Below, piece by piece: positions 33,732-37,295 of a DNA stretch of 37,295 bases. The position numbers and the translations under genes were made by a program. The DNA is taken from positions 1 to 37,295 of the forward strand of contig CAYJUC010000002.1 in assembly GCA_964372605.1 (NCBI GenBank), read 5' to 3'. Source of the DNA: an uncultured bacterium. Lineage in GTDB: Bacteria; Methylomirabilota; Methylomirabilia; Rokubacteriales; CSP1-6. How positions within the stretch are numbered: the first letter of the stretch is position 1; each line of letters starts with the position of its first letter. The notes under the pieces are model-generated. The model was not told where the DNA came from and did not search any database. It saw only the letters and a program-made list of their open reading frames with translations.

Positions 33732-34449
33732 GGGCCAGCCGGTCGGCGAGGATAGAGGGAAGCCCGGCTTCGCGGATTTTCGCCTGGGCCGCGCGCGTGT
33801 CATAGGAGACGCGGTGAATCGTGATCGTCTGAGCGTCGGTATCCCAGATCGCGCAGGCGGCTCGCGGGTCCCTGTCTCTCGGCTGGCCGACACTCCCCAC
33901 GTTGACGATGTACCGATGCCCGGGGAGAAGCTCCTGCTGGCTGGGGTAGGGTTCGAAGCGGACCCCGTCGGGGCCCTCGATCCAGACCCCGGGACGGTGG
34001 GAGTGGCCAACGAAGCAGAGCCGCGTCCTGAAGAACGGGAAGACCTCGAAGCCGTCGCGTCCCGAAATCAGGTAGTCCCAGTTCTCCGGGGCCCGCGGGC
34101 TGGCGTGGACGAGCGTCGCCCCATCGACCCGGGCGATGAGAGGAAGGCTCGAGAGATACGCCCGCTGGTCTCCGCAGAGCTGTTCGGCCGTCCAGCGGAC
34201 CGCGGCCCTGGCGAAGGGATTGAACCAGTCGAGATCCAGACGCCCCACCGCCCCGGCTTCGTGGTTGCCGCTCACGACGGCGACGGCCTCCTGGCGTACC
34301 CGCTCGACGCACGGCCCGGGGTCGGCCCCGTACCCGACGATGTCTCCGAGACAGAGGAGCCCGTCGGCGCCCCACGCTCTCACGCAGGTCAGGACGGCGG
34401 TGAGCGCTTCGAGGTTGCCGTGGATGTCGGAAAGGATGGCGTACCGGAT
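33721..34449 (-). CDS. Metallophosphoesterase (YfcE/MJ0936-like), probable non-canonical ATC start
   Basis: Motifs GDIVGYG, GNHE and GHSH lie within the track ORF. The first motif (ILSDIHGN) is in frame upstream of the first GTG (34383) with no intervening stop. ATC 34449 sits 6 nt after GGAGG. Confidence 0.75.
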   Translation of the reverse strand: MRYAILSDIHGNLEALTAVLTCVRAWGADGLLCLGDIVGYGADPGPCVERVRQEAVAVVSGNHEAGAVGRLDLDWFNPFARAAVRWTAEQLCGDQRAYLSSLPLIARVDGATLVHASPRAPENWDYLISGRDGFEVFPFFRTRLCFVGHSHRPGVWIEGPDGVRFEPYPSQQELLPGHRYIVNVGSVGQPRDRDPRAACAIWDTDAQTITIHRVSYDTRAAQAKIREAGLPSILADRLAHGV

Positions 34450-34471
34450 GAGCTCCCTCCGGTAGGCGGGG

Positions 34472-34930
34472 TCAGGGATCCCGCCGCAGCTCTTTGAGGA
34501 CGCGGTCGAGGATTCCGTTGATGAAGCCGCTGGACTCCTGCGTGCTGAACTTTTTGGCGACCTCGAGCGCCTCGTTGATGACCGCCTTCGGCGGCACTTC
34601 CGACACCCACAAAAGCTCGAAGATCCCCTCGCGGAGAATATTCCGGTCCACCACCGCCATGCGCTCCAGCTCCCAGTTCTCCGCGTACTGCTGGATCAAC
34701 TCGTCGATTTTTCCCTGGTGGAGCTTTGTCCCGCGCACCAGGTGCTCGGCAAAGCTCTGAACCTCCGGATCCACCGGATGGCGACGCCAGAAGTCGGGCA
34801 ACTGCCGGCTCGGATCGGCCTCGTTCTGGACATCGAGCTGGTAGAGGCACTGGAGCGCCAGCTCCCGCGCCTTCCGTCGCTTACCCACGGCGGGATGCCC
34901 TCCGGCTTGCCCTGACGCTCTCCCTGACAA
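34472..34930 (-). CDS. nusB: Transcription antitermination factor NusB
   Basis: It has ARELALQCLYQ and the C-terminal NGILD pattern, and follows ribH as in many bacteria. The start is uncertain: ATG 34930 (50-nt overlap with ribH) or GTG 34888. Confidence 0.85.
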   Translation of the reverse strand: MSGRASGQAGGHPAVGKRRKARELALQCLYQLDVQNEADPSRQLPDFWRRHPVDPEVQSFAEHLVRGTKLHQGKIDELIQQYAENWELERMAVVDRNILREGIFELLWVSEVPPKAVINEALEVAKKFSTQESSGFINGILDRVLKELRRDP

Positions 34931-35399
34931 GCTCGGCCATCTCGAGGGCCGCCAGCGCGGCCTCCTCTCCCCGGTTGCCCACCTTCCCCCCTGCGCGATC
35001 CAGCGCCTGTTCTTCGGAGAGCGCGGTCACCACGCCGAAGGCCGCCGGCACCCCCGTGGTCAGGGCCACGCGGGAGATCCCCGAGGCGGCCTCGCGGGCG
35101 ACGTGCTCGAAGTGGGGGGTCTGCCCTTTGATCACCACTCCGAGGCAGACGAGGGCGCGGAACCGACCGGTCCGAGCGAGGTGAAACGCCGCCTGGGGAA
35201 GCTCGAAGGAGCCCGGCACCCAGATTACCTCCACATCCCGGCCGGGCACCCCGTGGCCACGGAACGCTTCCAAGGCGCCGTCAAGGAGCCGCTTTGAGAT
35301 GGGCTCGTTGAAGCGGGCCACGATCACCGCGTAACGGCCACGGGCGCCCCGCGGGCCCGCCGCCTGCTCCAGCTTCCGTCTCGGCGCCCTTCCAGCCAT
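34881..35399 (-). CDS. ribH: 6,7-dimethyl-8-ribityllumazine synthase
   Basis: 172 aa with VIVARFNEPI..., VPGSFELP and the GVVIKGQTPHFEHV motifs. Confidence 0.9.
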   Translation of the reverse strand: MAGRAPRRKLEQAAGPRGARGRYAVIVARFNEPISKRLLDGALEAFRGHGVPGRDVEVIWVPGSFELPQAAFHLARTGRFRALVCLGVVIKGQTPHFEHVAREAASGISRVALTTGVPAAFGVVTALSEEQALDRAGGKVGNRGEEAALAALEMAELVRESVRASRRASRRG

Positions 35400-35400
35400 C

Positions 35401-36636
35401 TCAGTCGGTCGAGAAGGCGGTGAGCAGGTGCCCGAGCTTCGCGTGCTTGGTTCGAAGGTAAGCCCGGTTGGCGTCGTTGGGGGGAATCTCGATTGGCACG
35501 CGCTCCACCATCGCCAGCCCGTACCCTTCCAGCCCGACGATCTTCTTCGGGTTGTTGGTGAGGAGCCGCATCTGCCGAACTCCCAGGTCCACCAGGATCT
35601 GGGCGCCGACCCCGTAGTCGCGGAGGTCCGGCTTGAACCCCAGCGCCAGGTTGGCCTCTACCGTGTCCTTTCCCTGGTCCTGGAGCTCGTAGGCGCGCAT
35701 CTTGTTCAGGAGCCCGATTCCCCGCCCCTCCTGCCGCATGTAGACGAACACCCCGCGCCCCTCTTTCTGGATGATGGTGAGGGCCTTCTCGAGCTGGGAG
35801 CCGCAGTCGCAGCGCATCGACTGAAACACATCTCCGGTGAGACACTCGGAGTGGACCCGGACCAGGACCGGCCTGCCGTCGGTCACGTCGCCGACCACCA
35901 GGGCCAGCGGCACCCGATCATCCACCGTGGTCTCGTAGGCGATGGCGGTGAACTCACCCAGCTCGGTGGGCACGGTTGTGGTAGCCACCCGGCGGACCAT
36001 TTTCTCCTTCCGGATCCGGTACTCGATCAGGTCCTTGATGGTGATGATTTTGAGGGTGTGGGCGCGGGAGAGGGTGAGGAGCTGGGGAACCCTGGCCATG
36101 GTCCCATCCTCATCCATGACCTCGCAGATCACTCCCGCGGGGGTAAAGCCCGCCAGCCTCGCCAGGTCGACGGCAGCCTCGGTGTGCCCGGCCCGCCGGA
36201 GAACGCCGCCGGGCATCGCCCGCAGCGGGAGAATGTGGCCGGGCCGCGTCAGGTCGTCGGGGCGGGTGGCCGGGTCCACGAGCGCCTTGATGGTGACGGC
36301 CCGGTCGTGAGCCGAGGTCCCCGTGCTGACCCCCTTCTTGGCGTCGACGGTGACGGTGAAGGCGGTTCCCATGGGAGCGGTGTTGTCGGACACCATCATG
36401 GAGATCTGCAGCTTGTCCAACCGGTCCCCGACCATCGGCACGCAGATGAGGCCCCGGCCGTACTTGGCCATGAAGTTCACGGCCTCGGGCGTGGCCATGT
36501 CGGCCGCCATGACGAGATCCCCCTCGTTCTCCCGGTCTTCATCGTCGACCACGACCAGGATCCGGCCAGCCCGGATCTCCTCGATGGCGGTCTCGATGGT
36601 GGCGAACTCGCGTCCGGTTTCGTCAGCGCTGGTCAT
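35401..36636 (-). CDS. ribBA: Bifunctional 3,4-dihydroxy-2-butanone-4-phosphate synthase / GTP cyclohydrolase II
   Basis: 411 aa with [11 protein letters not shown] (DHBPS) and [13 protein letters not shown]...CDCG (GCH II). Confidence 0.95.
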   Translation of the reverse strand: MTSADETGREFATIETAIEEIRAGRILVVVDDEDRENEGDLVMAADMATPEAVNFMAKYGRGLICVPMVGDRLDKLQISMMVSDNTAPMGTAFTVTVDAKKGVSTGTSAHDRAVTIKALVDPATRPDDLTRPGHILPLRAMPGGVLRRAGHTEAAVDLARLAGFTPAGVICEVMDEDGTMARVPQLLTLSRAHTLKIITIKDLIEYRIRKEKMVRRVATTTVPTELGEFTAIAYETTVDDRVPLALVVGDVTDGRPVLVRVHSECLTGDVFQSMRCDCGSQLEKALTIIQKEGRGVFVYMRQEGRGIGLLNKMRAYELQDQGKDTVEANLALGFKPDLRDYGVGAQILVDLGVRQMRLLTNNPKKIVGLEGYGLAMVERVPIEIPPNDANRAYLRTKHAKLGHLLTAFSTD

Positions 36637-37256
36637 TCGACACTCCTTTGGGGTTCGGGGCGAAGGAGATCCTGCGAGAAGCGGTAGAGGTACTTCCCGA
36701 TGACGTCCATCTCGAGATTCACGCGGGCTCCTTCGGCCCTCTTGCCGAGCGTGGTGACGGCAAGGGTGTGCGGGATCAGCATCACCTCAAAGCTCTCCTC
36801 ATCAAGGGCGGCCACGGTCAGGCTCACGCCGTCAACGGCCACGGATCCCTTGGGAATAAGATAGCGCATGAGCGACGGCTCCGGCACCCTGATCCTGGCC
36901 CTGACCGTGTCGCGGTCGGGGATCACCGTGGCCAGCGTTCCCACGCCGTCCACATGCCCCAGGACGAGGTGGCCGCCCAGCGGGGCGCCCAGGCGAGCGG
37001 GGCGCTCCAGGTTCACCCGGTCGCCGAGGACGAGATCGCTCAGCGCCGTCGCTTTCAGGGTCTCAGGTCCGAGGTCGAAGGCCAGCAGTCCCGCGCCCCG
37101 CTCCACGACGGTGAGGCAGGCGCCGTTGACGGCCACGCTGTCGCCGACCCGGCTCCGGTTGACAGCCGGACCGGCCTTCACGGTGAGCCGCCAGGCCCCC
37201 TCGCGGGCCTCGAACCCCGTGACGAGGCCCATTGCCTCCACGATGCCGGTAAACAC
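36633..37256 (-). CDS. ribE: Riboflavin synthase (alpha chain)
   Basis: 207 aa with a GTG start. MFTGIVE... and an internally duplicated beta-barrel pattern (NGACLTV / DGVSLTV). Its stop overlaps the ribBA start (ATGA). Confidence 0.9.
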   Translation of the reverse strand: MFTGIVEAMGLVTGFEAREGAWRLTVKAGPAVNRSRVGDSVAVNGACLTVVERGAGLLAFDLGPETLKATALSDLVLGDRVNLERPARLGAPLGGHLVLGHVDGVGTLATVIPDRDTVRARIRVPEPSLMRYLIPKGSVAVDGVSLTVAALDEESFEVMLIPHTLAVTTLGKRAEGARVNLEMDVIGKYLYRFSQDLLRPEPQRSVE

Positions 37257-37295
37257 TCACGCTCCCCGCTGAAGATCGCCCTCGATCAGAAAGTC
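37257..37295 (-). CDS. 3' end of an upstream CDS, probably ribD (partial, runs off the window)
   Basis: An open frame ...DFLIEGDLQRGA ends with TGA (37259..37257) directly abutting the ribE GTG. Identity is inferred only from the conserved ribD-ribE-ribBA-ribH order. Confidence 0.4.
   Translation of the reverse strand, partial: DFLIEGDLQRGA

Noticed and set aside
1-37295. Looked for CRISPR arrays, rRNA/tRNA genes, transposases/integrases and long tandem repeats
   Set aside because: No regularly spaced direct repeats were found. No intergenic gap large enough or structured like an RNA gene exists; the largest gaps are about 100-165 nt. No ORF has transposase or integrase signatures.

Overview
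GC-rich chromosomal segment of a diderm bacterium, transcribed almost entirely on the minus strand. Most long plus-strand ORFs in the track are antisense shadows caused by the high GC content. From high to low coordinates the window carries: (1) the 3' part of a riboflavin operon (ribD end, ribE, ribBA, ribH) followed by nusB, a metallophosphoesterase and lnt; (2) prfB with the classical programmed +1 frameshift, then lysS and lolC/E-lolD; (3) clpC; (4) a very long envelope-biogenesis gene string, bamA-skp-lpxD-lpxA-oxidoreductase-lpxI-lpxB-DUF374-waaA-lpxK-waaF, then five GT4 glycosyltransferases, one divergent GT9-like gene on the plus strand, waaC and a GT2, with many genes joined by 4-nt stop/start overlaps; (5) a lower-GC accessory islet (about 1.1-3.8 kb) between the GT2 gene and trpS. 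The islet holds a 555-aa restriction-endonuclease-like/STAND-like protein with no Walker A motif, a BrnT-like toxin gene broken by an in-frame TAG, an intact BrnA-like antitoxin and a HicB-like antitoxin with no HicA. It is the best candidate for an uncharacterised (or decaying) conflict/defence cassette. Other points read directly from the sequence: a composite REP-like hairpin element present at two loci; a 188-bp insertion that duplicated the first 12 nt of the GT2 gene yet keeps stop/start coupling through a 62-codon bridging ORF; a metallophosphoesterase whose conserved DxH motif lies upstream of any ATG/GTG/TTG, implying an ATC start; and a TrpRS with an Fe-S-type cysteine motif. No rRNA, tRNA, CRISPR array or recognisable transposase was seen. 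All functional calls rest on motif and family recognition by eye, because no database search was possible.
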